A stretch of 64,000 nt of DNA from Eledone cirrhosa (lineage: Eukaryota), in contig OZ024741.1 in NCBI GenBank assembly GCA_964016885.1, forward strand, positions 234,918,001 through 234,982,000, read 5' to 3'. A model generated the notes under the pieces. The model ran no database searches and was not told the DNA's origin. It saw only the letters and a program-made list of their open reading frames with translations. Of the stretch, positions 26,700 through 43,408 are shown in pieces; the stretch's first letter is position 1; each line of letters starts with the position of its first letter. The translations under genes were made by a program, and so were the position numbers.

Positions 26700-27995
26700 T
26701 GGTAGAGACTTGCACTCCTTCGAACATTGACGACAACTATGGATCTCCCTGGCCTCAGATTTTGCATCAGGTTGCCTGTGAACCTTCACAATTCCGTGGA
26801 GATCTTAGTTCACTGGTTCTCTTTGAACATGGCTGCGACTCTGGCTCATGAGACCAGATTTGCTCCAGCAAATTTTTCCACACTCAGAGCACACCAATTC
26901 AATAGAGACACCGATCATTTCGAGAGATACACCAGAGCATTGCTTGAGCACATCCTGTTCGTGCTCTATGCGTCTGTCCTCAAAATTATGGACCCCATCA
27001 TTCAGCATTCCACGCCAAGTTTCTCTTTCAAGCGCTTCTATCTCCCAGTCACCCACCATCAAACCAGTTTTTTACAATGAGTCGTTTACACAATCCTTGA
27101 ATCGGAGCTTTGGTTTGTGAGTGGTCTCTTACCTTTACAAAGCTCGCCATACAAAAGTTGTTTCAGGATTCGATCATCCTTCATTCTGCAGAAGTGTCTG
27201 GTCCATCGTAAACGTCGATGGTGGATGATACTCTCAATGCCCCGACACTCACTTCTCTCAAGGACCTCAACATCACTCACATGCATCTGCCACTTGATAC
27301 CGAGCGTTTTTCTGAGACACTGCTGGTGAAATCATTCAAATCTTTGGATATGCCGTTTGTAGGCAACCCATGCCTCACACGCAAACAGCAATGCTAACAG
27401 TACACATGCAGCATACACTTTCACCTGTGTCTTCATTGTGATTCCTCGCCTGCACCAAAGACGGTCGCTGAGCCTTCCGAATGACTCACTTGCTTTACTA
27501 ACACGCAGACCAACTTCTGCATCCAGAGAGCAGGTCACACTCAGAGTACTCCCCAAACACACAAATCTGTCAGCAACCTTCAGCTTTTGACCGTATACAT
27601 ATATGCATTGAAAACTTTATCCGGGGCAGGTTGGTACATGACGACAGTCTTCAGACTGATTGTCAGTCCCAAAGCACTGCACGCATTGGAAAAAAGTACC
27701 TTAGTGATGACAGTGAGACGCTTGAGGTTGAACAGCTTGTCGGAAGTGCGATATCTGAGATAGGTACCGTGTTGACAATCCTTGAAGGCCATGAAGAACA
27801 CCATTGCGAAATAGAAGGCAAACAAAGTTGGTGTTGGTATATCACCTTGTTTGACACCATTTTCAACCGAGATTGGCTGACAGTTTAACTCAGATGTTTA
27901 CCCATGTCTGCATGTCATCGTGGAAGAGCTTGAGTATGTTTACAAACTCTTCAGGACAGCCCAATTTACGGTGTCAAATGCCTTGGTCAGCTCGG
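26700..27995 (-). pseudogene. Decayed RTE (BovB-like) LINE: RT, C-terminus and zinc finger
   Basis: ELTKAFDT; LGSTLS..LDAEVGLRVSKASESFGRL; LLFACEAW; RRLRWTRHFCRMKDDRILKQLLYGEL..GKRP; CSECGKICWSKSGL..H. Confidence 0.9.
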
Positions 27996-28284
27996 CAAAA
28001 TCTTGGTTTAAATCCATGCGCTGCTCAATACATTTCTCAGTAGTGTATTATGATCAATTTAACAATGGGAAGTATATATATATATATAATATGTGTGTGT
28101 GCGCGCATTGTTAAATTTATCATCATACACTACTGAGAAAGGTATTGAGCAGCGCATTGACTTAAACCAAGTTTTTTTGCGTGTGTGTATGAAAAGATTC
28201 AGGACCCCGACAACCCCCACTCTACTACTCCAAGTATCGAGTACTCTGGTGGGTTATGGCCTAGCTGGTTTTTACCACACCCTA

Positions 28285-28370
<86 letters not shown>

Positions 28371-28375
28371 ATACT

Positions 28376-28998
28376 TGGGGAGGGTCATATTTGTGTAATA
28401 TTGCCAGAATTAATAACAGAACACACTCACTGTTTGGTTGGTTTTCGCTTCTCGCTGTCTTTTATATCTGCGATCTAACTTACTCGGTCCTCAATGTTGC
28501 CATTGACTGACCGGCGGTCAAAAATAATACAGATACAATATAGACACAAACACATATATATAGTTTACATAATTTACATAAATCTTTCGTTGCACATCTG
28601 CAACATCGTCAGTGGTGTTATATTTTTTCCTCCTGTTGTGTTGTATGTCTACGCCATTTTTTATTCAGTCTGTCTATATATTTATTTATTTATTTGCTTG
28701 TTTGTTTATTTTATTTTGTCTTCGCTAAACTATATATATATATATATATTAGGTATAGGATTATCCTAGATGGCTAATGGTTAATTACCTTTTTATGATG
28801 TCTACCTGTTATTGGCAGTATCGGTAGAGGGTCGGACGCCATGCTTTGACGTATAGAGTTACGGCCCTTGCCATTCTGAGTTCAAATCCCGCCGAGGTTA
28901 ACTTTGCCTTTCATCCTTACGGGGTCGATAAAATAAAGTACCAGTAATGCACTGGGTAATTGCTGGCCTTGTGCCAAAAGTAGAAACAATTATTCATT

Positions 28999-29042
<44 letters not shown>

Positions 29043-29410
29043 TTGCGAGGTTATTGATATGAAATTGTGTGTCGAAACAAATATTGTTATATTTGGGGAG
29101 GGTCATATTTGTGTAATATTGCCAGAATTAATAACAGAACACACTCACTGTTTGGTTGGTTTTCGCTTCTGTGTCTTTTATATCGGTTAATTTAATTTAT
29201 TCGGTCCTCAAAGTTGCCATTGACTGACCAAACGGTCAAAAATACAGATACAATATAGACACAAACACATACATATAGTCTATCAAAGTTCTTTCGTTGC
29301 ACATCTGCAACATCGTCAGTGGTGCTATCATGTTTCCCCCCGTTGCATTGTATGCCTACGCCATCTTTATTTAGTTTGTTTATTTATTTATTTATTTGTT
29401 TATTTTTTGT
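28376..29410 (+). repeat. Two direct copies (~330 bp) of an unclassified repeat separated by a SINE
   Basis: 28376-28720 and 29094-29410 share GGGGAGGGTCATATTTGTGTAATATTGCCAG... The second is preceded by an HHR-like 3' half GAAA-CAAAUAUUG-UU. Confidence 0.8.
28811..28993 (+). mobile_element. tRNA-derived SINE
   Basis: A box, B box and core as at 13996-14185. Confidence 0.85.
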
Positions 29411-29697
29411 CTTCTCTGCGCATGCGTTTGCGTGTGTGTATAGTGTTTTGTTTGGTGTGTGTTCTTGTTTGGGTGACTGTGTATTGGTTAATGTATTCTA
29501 TCTTAGTTTACTAGTGTGTGTTTGTATGTGTTTGTTGTTATTGTGCTTGTGTATGTATTTATTTCTTTATTTCTTTCTTTATTTATTTATTTATACTTCT
29601 CTTAGGTCAGTGTTGTTTGTTTGGGTGTTGTTGTTATTCCATTCTTTTTTTCTGTTTAGCCTTGGCCTTCTAAGTTCTATATATATATATATATATT

Positions 29698-29758
29698 TAT
29701 TCTATTATATATATTTCAAGGGTACCAAAACCTTGGTACGCTCTCATCAGATAAAATA
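29698..29758 (-). ncRNA. Hammerhead ribozyme, family B
   Basis: UAUUUUAU-CUGAUGA-GAGCGUACCAA-GGUU-UUGGUACCCUU-GAAA-UAUAUA-UA/AUAGAAUA. Confidence 0.8.
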
Positions 29759-29970
29759 CAAAATTTGTTTTATAAATAGTGACATACCCAGGAATCAGAC
29801 CTTAACGGTTCAAGTTCCAAATATGGTTTTATAAATATAGTTTCCATTTATTAATATCATTGATATTATACTCCAGAAAACTTGTCGAGTTCTTCGAATC
29901 TGTTATAAATATATTTGTTGAATTACCAACAAATTAAATATCCCTTTGCTTATATATATATATATATATG

Positions 29971-30077
<107 letters not shown>

Positions 30078-30149
30078 ATATATATTATATATATATTACA
30101 CATATACATACATGCATACACATAGATACATATATATTGTGAAAAAGTG

Positions 30150-33720
<3,571 letters not shown>

Positions 33721-34415
33721 AGACGGAGGAGGTAGATTAACATCTCTCTCTTACTTCCTCTCTGTTTTTCTCTCTCCCTCTCTCCCTCTCTCTCTGTATA
33801 TATCTATATATCCTCTCCCCCTCCCCTCCCACAAAGAAAGACTGGGGAAAAATATAACAAGTACAAAGAGAGGAAAAGTGAGTGGGAGAAAAAGAGGAAG
33901 AGAGAGAAGAAGGGAAAGAAAAAAGTGGAAAACATTACACTTTGTGAATATAAGTGTGTATATGGGTATTTATGTATGTAAGTGTGTGTGTAAGAGAGAG
34001 TTAATGTCCCTATGTTGTCTAGTTGGAGAGAGAGAGGCGACAACAAGAGTAGAGAGAAATAGGATAAAAGCGAATGAGAAAGAGAGAGTGAGGGGGGGGG
34101 GCAGGATTAGATAGAGACAAAAGCATAACTAGAAAGACAGTAAGACACTTTCATTTTCATATACACTCTTTCAAAAAATAGACACACACACATACATGCA
34201 GACATACACAAACACACATGGATGCATGTATGTATGTATATATATATATACATATATATATATAATAAGGGTTGGCGGACCCAGCATATTTATCAATGCC
34301 AGTACCGGTTGTATCTCAGCGCACTCAATGGGCAATGTAAGATACATTACCAGAGTATATACATAGTTATTTGCCTCAACACAACACACGTAAATCTTTT
34401 TTTCTTTATATATAT

Positions 34416-34737
34416 ATATATTAGAAAGTGAGGTTTTTTTACAAAATGAAAAATAACCGAGGTGTACACGAGTGAAAGTATAAAGAAAAAAAGATGAAAT
34501 CGAAAATGCAACTGGAGTCTTATTTTTTAAAAAATATATATATTTATTTGGTTCCTTTACCGGTTTCGCAGTTCTTTTGAAAAGCAAAAGAACTGCGAAA
34601 CCGGTAAAGGAACCAAATAAATATATATATATTTTTAAAAATAAGACTCCAGTTGCATTTTCAATTTCATCTTTTTTTCTTTATACTTTCACTCGTGTAC
34701 ACCTCGGTTATTTTTCATTTTGTAAAAAAACCCTCAC

Positions 34738-34748
<11 letters not shown>
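34416..34748. repeat. ~330-bp near-perfect palindrome (family E, HHR 3' half next to the centre)
   Basis: Centre GCAGTTCTTTT-GAAAAGC-AAAAGAACTGC, then GAAA-CCGG-TA-AAGGAAC. Non-palindromic copies at 9710-9860 and 16135-16305. Confidence 0.9.
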
Positions 34749-34768
<20 letters not shown>

Positions 34769-35891
34769 ACTGTTTGCTTTTTCATATTTGGTTTTTATAT
34801 ATTGGTGATGGTGAGTCTATATTAGTATGAACACGTGTTGCCGTGTTCATATGTGCTTGGCGTATTTGCGATAAACACTGCACATCTGTATGGTGATGAG
34901 CGTCCGCCCGCGCGCGCATGATGTGTATGTTTTTGTTTTTGATATTTTTTCCCTTTTTTTTTCATTTTTTGAATTTGTGTAAACTGCATTAGATTTAAAT
35001 TATTGTAGTGGTCGAGCTTCCTTCCAAACTACATTCTAACAGTTTAAAATGACACTCCAGGTATGTTTATAAAATGGACGACTTAAAATCCTAAGTGACC
35101 GTCAGTAATCTTTCAGTGTTTGTATCTAATACATTAATTATTTTTTTACACGATTCCTGAAGGAAATACCTAGATCACGGCAAAAAGCCATCCCAAGGAT
35201 TACATGGACTGGTAACTTCTGATGGAGTGTTAGGGCATCATAGTAACATAAAGCGTTTCTTGGGTAGTTTTGAAACCTGGTGGAACAATGTTGACTTCGT
35301 CGGATTTTGAACTCAGACCTCAGAGATCATCAGTTTGTCCACTTCAACATTTAAATGGAATGATTTTAAAATCAAGTTCTATGAAACATCAACAACCATT
35401 GGTTTCAGAACACAGAAAGTTGCAGACCTGAGGATAGCGAAGGAGAAGCAAAAAACGTGGTGGCTCATTAGCAACACTGTCTGGAAGTTACACACGAAGA
35501 TCAAGGAACATACGAACACGAGTGCTGCCTCTGTATAAAAAAAACAAAACAAGAAAAGTGTCACACCCAAGAAGCCACTCGTAATTTGCTGATTAACAAG
35601 GCTTTTCTCATCAACGGGTATAAACCTAGTATTAACAACTGATTTGAGCTATTGTAACTGGCTATTGTCACCTAGCCATTGACCTACTTCTTTCACCACA
35701 GGTCAGTCACATAACAAAAAGGCTCCGGTTTTTCTTCGCTTGATAAAGAAGTTTTTAACCTCGAAATATTATGAAAGTAAAAACTATTCTTTTGTTTTGT
35801 CATTCTTACATTACTTTCCACTAGTTGCACCATTATATTTCCTATTCGTATTGTATCGGCTTCTGCAATATATATATATATATATATATAT

Positions 35892-36232
35892 AGTTATGTA
35901 ATAAACAACATAAGGCAATTATTTCATTTACCAGTGGTTTCTTAAAAGCAAAAAAAATGTGCTTTCAATCATCAGAATGAAAAAATCCTGGTGTATTTAT
36001 TGACGTTGGATTTTAAAAACAAAAATGCAATCTATATATTTTTGTTTTTAAAATCCAACGTCAATAAATACACCACGATTTTTTCATTCTGATGATTGAA
36101 AACTAAATTTTTTTTGCTTTCAAGAAACCACTGGTAAATGAAATAATTGCCTTATGTTGTTTATTACATAACTATTAAGCTCTGTTACCTACATAGAGCA
36201 CTCTTTTTTCCTGGACTTTTCCGACGGAATTC
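35892..36232. repeat. Palindromic family A element with HHRs at 35923-35981 (minus) and 36083-36142 (plus)
   Basis: UUCAUU-CUGAUGA-UUGAAA..UUUCAA/UUUUAA-GAAA-CCACUGG-UA/AAUGAA on both arms. Confidence 0.85.
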
Positions 36233-36235
36233 ATT

Positions 36236-36315
<80 letters not shown>

Positions 36316-36862
36316 ACATTCCCACTCTACTACCCTAAGTACTGAATACTCTGGTGCGTTATGGTCCATCTGGTTCCTTACCACAATTCCTTTGTTTTAT
36401 ATATATATAACATTTAGGTCGTTTTAACTGCTGCTATTTCTAGTGGCAGTACATTGACCTTTCCGCCCTTGCCTTCTATCTCTACACACGGCACTAGACA
36501 AAATTGTTTCTTCATCATACATCTAATCTCGGGAACAGTTCTGTATGGCGCCAGTTCATGATTTGAACTCGGGAATTTTATATTCTCCGAGCGAGAAGAA
36601 CCCTCTGACGAAAGTCTTCTTCTCAATGGATTTCCGCATGGATTATCCATTTATTTTGAGACTTGAAACCGTACGGTAAGGGTAATTACAGCAGGTACAG
36701 TTTTTAAAATTTATTTTAAAACTTTTTCTTATTTGCTAAACCTTGATTATATATATGTATATATATATGTTTATGAATCGGAAAGGTACAGGAAAAAAGA
36801 GTGCTCTATGTAGGCTACAGAGCTTATTAGTTATGTAATGAATAATATAAGATAATTATTTA

Positions 36863-36918
36863 ATTTACCAGTGGTTTCTTGAAAGCAGATGCTAGATCTG
36901 TTTTCAGTCGTCAGAATG
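36863..36918 (-). ncRNA. Hammerhead ribozyme, diverged family A
   Basis: AUU-CUGACGA-CUGAAAACAGA..UCUGCUUUCAA-GAAA-CCACUGG-UA/AAU. Confidence 0.75.
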
Positions 36919-37086
36919 AATAAAAAAAACATGGTGTTTTTAAATATGGATTTGAAAACAGAATTTAAGAAATATGAAAGTGAGGCTGAGAAAAAACGAA
37001 CGAAGAAGAAGAAGGGAAAAAGAATATAATATATATATATATATATATAATATATAAGATCAAAAGATGGTTAAATGAGTTCCATG

Positions 37087-37157
37087 TATTTTATTATGCG
37101 CATTTCAAAAACAAATATCATCATGCAATAACATTTGTGTTTTCATCAGATAAAATA
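37087..37157 (-). ncRNA. Hammerhead ribozyme, family B, inside a PLE 3'-end copy (37055-37205)
   Basis: UAUUUUAU-CUGAUGA-AAACACAAAUGUUAU..AUGAUAUUUGUUUUU-GAAA-UGCGCA-UA/AUAAAAUA. Flanks match 19040-19190. Confidence 0.85.
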
Positions 37158-37299
37158 GGAGGACATGATATGAAGGTTAAAAAACACTTGTGGATAGTGC
37201 AGTTTTAAAACAACATATCCAGTCCTACAAATTGTAGAGTGCTTCTTATCCGATATCTGCATTGCTTTATTGTACTACAATAAAACTCACCTCCTACAT

Positions 37300-37745
37300 A
37301 TATATATATAAACAATAAATATCCAGAACATAAACATACACACACACTCAACCACGTGCATATACTTAAAAGGTACGTAGACGTATACTTTTTCACATAA
37401 GCATATATGCGTCTACAGACAGGGACATAGATACATACACATACATATACATGAAATAATAAGAATAAATAAATGAATAAGAACAAAAAATACAAAGTCA
37501 AAAACGAAATAAAGACAAAAGGATACGTGTTGAAAACGTAAGTAAGAGGGGGGGGGGGGGGATAAAAACAACTTAAAATAAACAAATACACGAGATGTAC
37601 ATATACATAAATATATATATAAATATATAAATATATATATATACACATACATACATAATATATACACATACATACACACGCACACACACATAAACATGCA
37701 TAAATACTCATACACACGTAAAATAACTCATACATATATGTATGT
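37300..37745 (-). repeat. ~450-bp segment with an inverted copy at 41405-41870
   Basis: Shared unique sequence CTTACGTTTTCAACACGTATCCTTTTGTC..GTACCTTTTAAGTATATGCACGTGGTTGAG. Confidence 0.8.
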
Positions 37746-38709
37746 GTATGAATATATATATATATATACACACACATATATATACTGTATATATATATAT
37801 ATATACTTATACACAAAAATATAAAATAAACATGCGTACACATCCACATACACATGCGTGCAAAAATACATAAACACATACACATACACACGCATACACA
37901 CGTATATATAAACATGCATACAACCAAATATACACACACATCCACACACGTACACATAAAACCCTACAATAAAGAGCATTGGTTCATAACCTACGTACAT
38001 ACGTATACAAATGCGGGGGCGCACACGCACGTAATAAGAAATCAACACACGCATACAAAAAACCATACGCAGATCCATACACACAGAAAAACCCATATGT
38101 ACAAAACTTGAAAGCCCGCTTCACTTGCCTCAACTCTAAGACCGAGGTCTTCAGATGTTGTCCGCATCTGAAATCTTACCACTTTTTAATGGATTAACAT
38201 TCCTACGATTACTCAACCACCTTGAGCTTCTTCTTTACTCATCACGCCTTCCACTCACCACGAATATTATTACCTTATGAACTCATATTTCCTACCCATA
38301 TATACTTTTTCTCCCTCATCTCCTTCTATATATCTTTTTATTTTTATCTTTTTCCTTTTATTTAACATTTTTTTTTTCAGTTGACCTACTTTCTACCTTA
38401 CCTTTTTACACATACACACCCACCACCTTTATCCTTTACTCAGTTCACTTTTTAACCAGATACTCTTATCTATATCTCATCACAAACCTTTTACATTTTT
38501 TCCCTTACCTGTTCTTAACAATTGTGTTTATTATTTTATTTCAATTTTACTCCCCTTTTGTCCTTACTTACCCACTAGGTTTTTTAATGTACTCACATAG
38601 GGTTGTGAGCGGGCGCATATGCAGACAGGCTTATGTGTACATAAATTTATAGTATTTTGATTTTTTAATTGTATGTGTGTATGTGTGTATGTGTGTGTGT
38701 ATGTGTGCT

Positions 38710-38777
<68 letters not shown>

Positions 38778-38807
38778 AAATTAGAATTGGTGCTCTGAAA
38801 TAGCGAT

Positions 38808-39004
38808 ATATATATATGAATGTATATATAGTGTATTTTGCAATACACTATATGCTTAATTAAAAGCATTTCGAAGACCTTACGCTATTGTTTTAGAGTA
38901 GTGACAGTCTCACATACTTTAAATTTTCAGCAAACAGGGGAAATGCTTTTAATTAAGCATACAGTGTATTGCAAAATACACTATATATACATTCATATAT
39001 ATAT
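38808..39004. repeat. Fold-back element whose arms begin at an HHR-like GAAA-helix III-UA
   Basis: GAAA-TGCT-TTTAATTA-AGCA-TA-CAGTGTATTGCAAAATACACT on the right arm, with its reverse complement on the left. Confidence 0.8.
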
Positions 39005-39043
39005 ATTCATATATATATATAGAATGATATATATATATATATA

Positions 39044-39458
39044 CAATGATATTAAATACATGGAAGCTGTATTTGTTTGTTCTATTATATGTGTTTCAGG
39101 GGTGCCAGGGGCTTGGGTACGCTTTCATCGGATTAAGTGTAAGGTGTGTTTTGTAGGTTTTGACATGCCCAGGAAACGTGCCTTATCAGTTGAATTTTCC
39201 TTGGAAAATTCAACTCATAAGGTGTGTTTCTTGGCTGTGTCAAGATTTGTAGAACAGACTTTGTGTTTTATCTGATGAGGGCGTACCAAGGTTTTTGGTG
39301 CCCTTGAAATATATATGATGGAATGGGTGTGGTTTTATAAATGTAGTTTCCATTTATTTGATATCATTGAATATTTACTCCAGAAACTATCGATTGCTCT
39401 GAATCAGTTATAAACATTTATATTTGTTGAATTACCAACAAATTAAATATCCCTTCTG

Positions 39459-39460
<2 letters not shown>
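39044..39460 (+). repeat. Family B hairpin element with massive A-to-G divergence, HHR remnant at 39264-39325
   Basis: Hairpin centre AATTTTCC-TT-GGAAAATT at ~39201. Homologous to 29698-29950 and 20710-21142. Confidence 0.85.
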
Positions 39461-39535
<75 letters not shown>

Positions 39536-39560
39536 AAATATATATATATATGTATATATG

Positions 39561-39636
<76 letters not shown>

Positions 39637-39661
39637 CATATATATATATATATATATATTT

Positions 39662-39770
<109 letters not shown>

Positions 39771-39825
39771 CAGAAGGGATATTTAATTTGTATGAGCCAA
39801 ATTCAATAAACAGACCAGGATTTTT

Positions 39826-39879
39826 CATTCTGAGGATTGAAAGCAACATTTTTTGCTTTTAAGAAACCACTGGTAAATG
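39826..39879 (+). ncRNA. Hammerhead ribozyme, family A
   Basis: CAUU-CUGAGGA-UUGAAAGCAA..UUGCUUUUAA-GAAA-CCACUGG-UA/AAUG. Confidence 0.8.
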
Positions 39880-39907
39880 TAATAATTGCCTTATGTTGTT
39901 TATTACA

Positions 39908-39958
<51 letters not shown>

Positions 39959-40344
39959 CAATACCCGAATTACTTGATATGAAGTCAGTCATGTGTGTAT
40001 ATATGTGTGTGTGTGTGTAAACGAATGTAAAAGTACACACACATATACACTTATATATGCACACATACACACTATAATATATACACGCGTGTGTGTATAT
40101 ATGTGTGTGTGTGTAACATTATAGGAAACCTTATCTATGCCCTACATATATTCTTTTACATTCGTTTACACACACACACACATATATACACACATCACTG
40201 ACTTCATATCATGCTCTTATTTGCTCCTTTATTTTCTATATATAAATTTAAATAACTCTTATAACGTGTACGTAACTGTCAAAAATTAGTTTCACTTTTG
40301 AGACCGGCCATTTTGACGTATGCCTATATATATATATATATATA

Positions 40345-40534
40345 ACGAAGGAAATGTGGTAAGGAACCAGGTGGACCATGACGCACCAAAGTACTCAATA
40401 CTTTAGGTAGTAGAGTGGGTAATAGGAACCAGTAAGACCCCGACAGCTGAGCTCAAGCCGTTTCGACGGCTAATTCCCTGAATTAGCCGTCGAAACGGCT
40501 TGAGCTCAGCCGTCGGGGTCTTACTGGTTCCTAT
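40345..40534 (-). repeat. Family C element with terminal palindrome (40422-40534)
   Basis: ATAGGAACCAGTAAGACCCCGAC..GGCTAATTC-CCT-GAATTAGCC..GTCGGGGTCTTACTGGTTCCTAT. Confidence 0.85.
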
Positions 40535-40660
40535 ATATATATATATATATATATGTATATAAGTATATATATATATATAAGTATATATATATATATCAGT
40601 ATATATATATATATATAAGTATATATATATATATAAGTATATATATAAGTATATATATAA

Positions 40661-40856
<196 letters not shown>

Positions 40857-40898
40857 TTATATATATATATATAAGTATATATATTTTAATACAAATAA

Positions 40899-40965
<67 letters not shown>

Positions 40966-41089
40966 ATTAAAATACTGGAGCGTGTTGGAGTTAAACACCC
41001 TCTTCGTATTATAGAAATGACAGTAAAAGGTATAGCTCAATGTAATTGAACAGAGCCGAAGAATTATGAAAATACATCAAAAGTCTTTA

Positions 41090-41134
41090 TTAGCCAACAA
41101 TGTTTCGTCCTATTAAGGACTCATCAGGGCAATT
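41090..41134 (-). ncRNA. Canonical minimal hammerhead ribozyme
   Basis: GCC-CUGAUGA-GUCC-UUAAUA-GGAC-GAAA-CAUUG-UU/GGC. Confidence 0.85.
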
Positions 41135-41167
41135 AAAACTACAAGAAGCACTATCGGCCAATACAAG

Positions 41168-41219
<52 letters not shown>

Positions 41220-41485
41220 CACGGGAAGGTAATATCTGTAGTGGTAGGGCACTTAGTCCAAGGAACGAGTTAGGTGTTAAGTAGAAGTGGATACACAACA
41301 GTTAGTTCACCATACAGAGAACAATTGTTTTAACTTCGCGGATCTTCAGCTCGGGATGTATATATATAAATATATGTGTGTGTGTGTGTGTATATATATA
41401 TATACACATACATATGTGTATATGTTTTTTTACGTGTGTGTGACTATTTATGCATGTTTATGTGTGTATGTATCTGTATATATAA

Positions 41486-41544
<59 letters not shown>

Positions 41545-41862
41545 CGTATTTTATATATATATATTTATGTTTATGTACATCTCGTGTATTTGTTTATTTT
41601 AAAGTTATTTTTACCCCCCCCCCCCCCCCACCCCCGCTTACTTACGTTTTCAACACGTATCCTTTTGTCTTTATTTCGTTTTTGACTTTGTATTTTTTGT
41701 TCTTATTCATTTATTTATTCTTCATGTATATGTATGTGTATGTATCTATGTCCCTGTCTGTAGACGCATATATGCTTATGTGAAAAAGTATACGTCTACG
41801 TACCTTTTAAGTATATGCACGTGGTTGAGTGTGTGTGTATGTTTATGTTCTGGATATTTATT

Positions 41863-41896
<34 letters not shown>

Positions 41897-42053
41897 GGAA
41901 AAAATGAAACGAAATTTCATTTCCCACTCTTAGTACGGCTGTTACTTAAATATAAGTATGTACACGTACATACATATATGTATACAGACGCACAGTAGTA
42001 TGTATATATATATACTACTGTGCGTCTGTATATATATATATATATACATACAT

Positions 42054-43203
42054 CCTGATGCTGAGGAGGATATTAGAGGGAGCTAGAGCAAAGTGCCTTC
42101 CTGCGGTCATGGTTTTCATTGACTTTAGGAAGGCCTTTGATTCTGTGGACCGTCACTGCCTGATGAAGATCTTACAGGCTTATGGAATCCCCAAGAGGAT
42201 AGTGGACCTGATATCACTGCTCTACACCAACACCAAAGCCCAAGTCATTACACCTGATGGGATGACAGAGTTCTTTGAGATACTGGCTGGAATGCTCCAG
42301 GGAGATACATTGGTTCCCTACCTTTTTATCATCATAGTGGACTATTGTATGCGCCTTGCACTGGAGAAACACCAGGACTCTGGCTTTACTGTAGCACCGG
42401 CTCAGAGCAGGAGAGTTGGGGCGAAAAAGGTATCGGATGCTGAATTTGCCGACGACATAGTTTTGGTGACAAATACAGTGAAGGAGGCAGAGGATTTGAT
42501 GCGGGAGGTTGAGACTGTGTCGATGAGTGTGGGGCTGAGAATGAATGAGACTAAAACAAAATATCTGGTAGAGAATGTTGAGAAGCCAAAGGGGATCACT
42601 AATGTAGGCGGGAAGCCGCTGGAATTGGTTGAGGACTTCCTGTATTTGGGAGCAAAGATTGGGAATACGGAGGATGATGTGGTTGAGAGGAAGAGCAAGG
42701 CCTGGGCGGCGTGCCACAACTTGAGATCGGTGTGGAGCTCGGACCTTCGTAGAGACCTGAAAATCCGCCTCTTCATTGCTGTAGTGGAGTCTGTGCTGCT
42801 GTATGGGTCTGAGACTTGGACACTGACCAAGAAACTCACTCAGATGGTGGATGGGTGCTACACGAGAATGTTGAGGATGGCTCTGAACATTAATCAGTAT
42901 ACACTGAGGATGAAAAACTCAGAGCTGTATGGGAGCATCCCAAGAGTCAGCTCAAAAGTGACACAGAGGAGACTGAGGTTGGCTGGACATGCTCACCGAC
43001 ATCCGGAGTTGACATTGCACTCAGTGCTCCTTTGGGAGCCCCTACATGGACACACTAGAAGAGGAAGACCAAGGTTAACATATGTTGATGCCCTAAGGAC
43101 AGATACTGGTCTGTTGGAGATGCAGGATATGGCAGCGATAATGAGGGACAGAGACCGCTGGAGAGAACTCGTCCATGGATCTCGGGAATTTTACGCGCCT
43201 TAG
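42054..43203 (+). mobile_element. 5'-truncated RTE LINE with an uninterrupted RT frame (42058-43203) and 12-bp TSD
   Basis: FIDFRKAFDSV, GMLQGDTLVPYLF, EFADDIVL, FLYLGA, LLYGSETW, RLRLAGH, RRGRP. TSD ATATACATACAT at 42042-42053 and 43204-43215. Confidence 0.92.
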
Positions 43204-43365
43204 ATATACATACATGCACACATATATATATATATATATATATATGTACGTATGGATTCACCGAACATTTATTATAATGCTCGGTGTGTTTGTAAACAAA
43301 CATCCCGTATTAAGAGGTAGTGTCTAGCAACCATCGTTGCTCGTTTGTTCAACACTGACAAAGAA

Positions 43366-43408
43366 ACGCTGTAATAGTTTCAAGCTTATTAGCTATCGTT
43401 AGCAACGT
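43366..43408 (-). ncRNA. Retrozyme HHR, degenerate copy
   Basis: ACGUUG-CUAACGA-UAGCUAAUAAGCUU-GAAA-CUAU-UA/CAGCGU. Confidence 0.6.

Noticed and set aside
29420-29680. GT-rich stretch as a second hyper-edited copy
   Set aside because: No unedited homologue in the window to polarise the changes.
36414-36650. 78-aa minus ORF in unique-looking sequence
   Set aside because: No recognisable motif or clear splice structure, so it cannot be called an exon.
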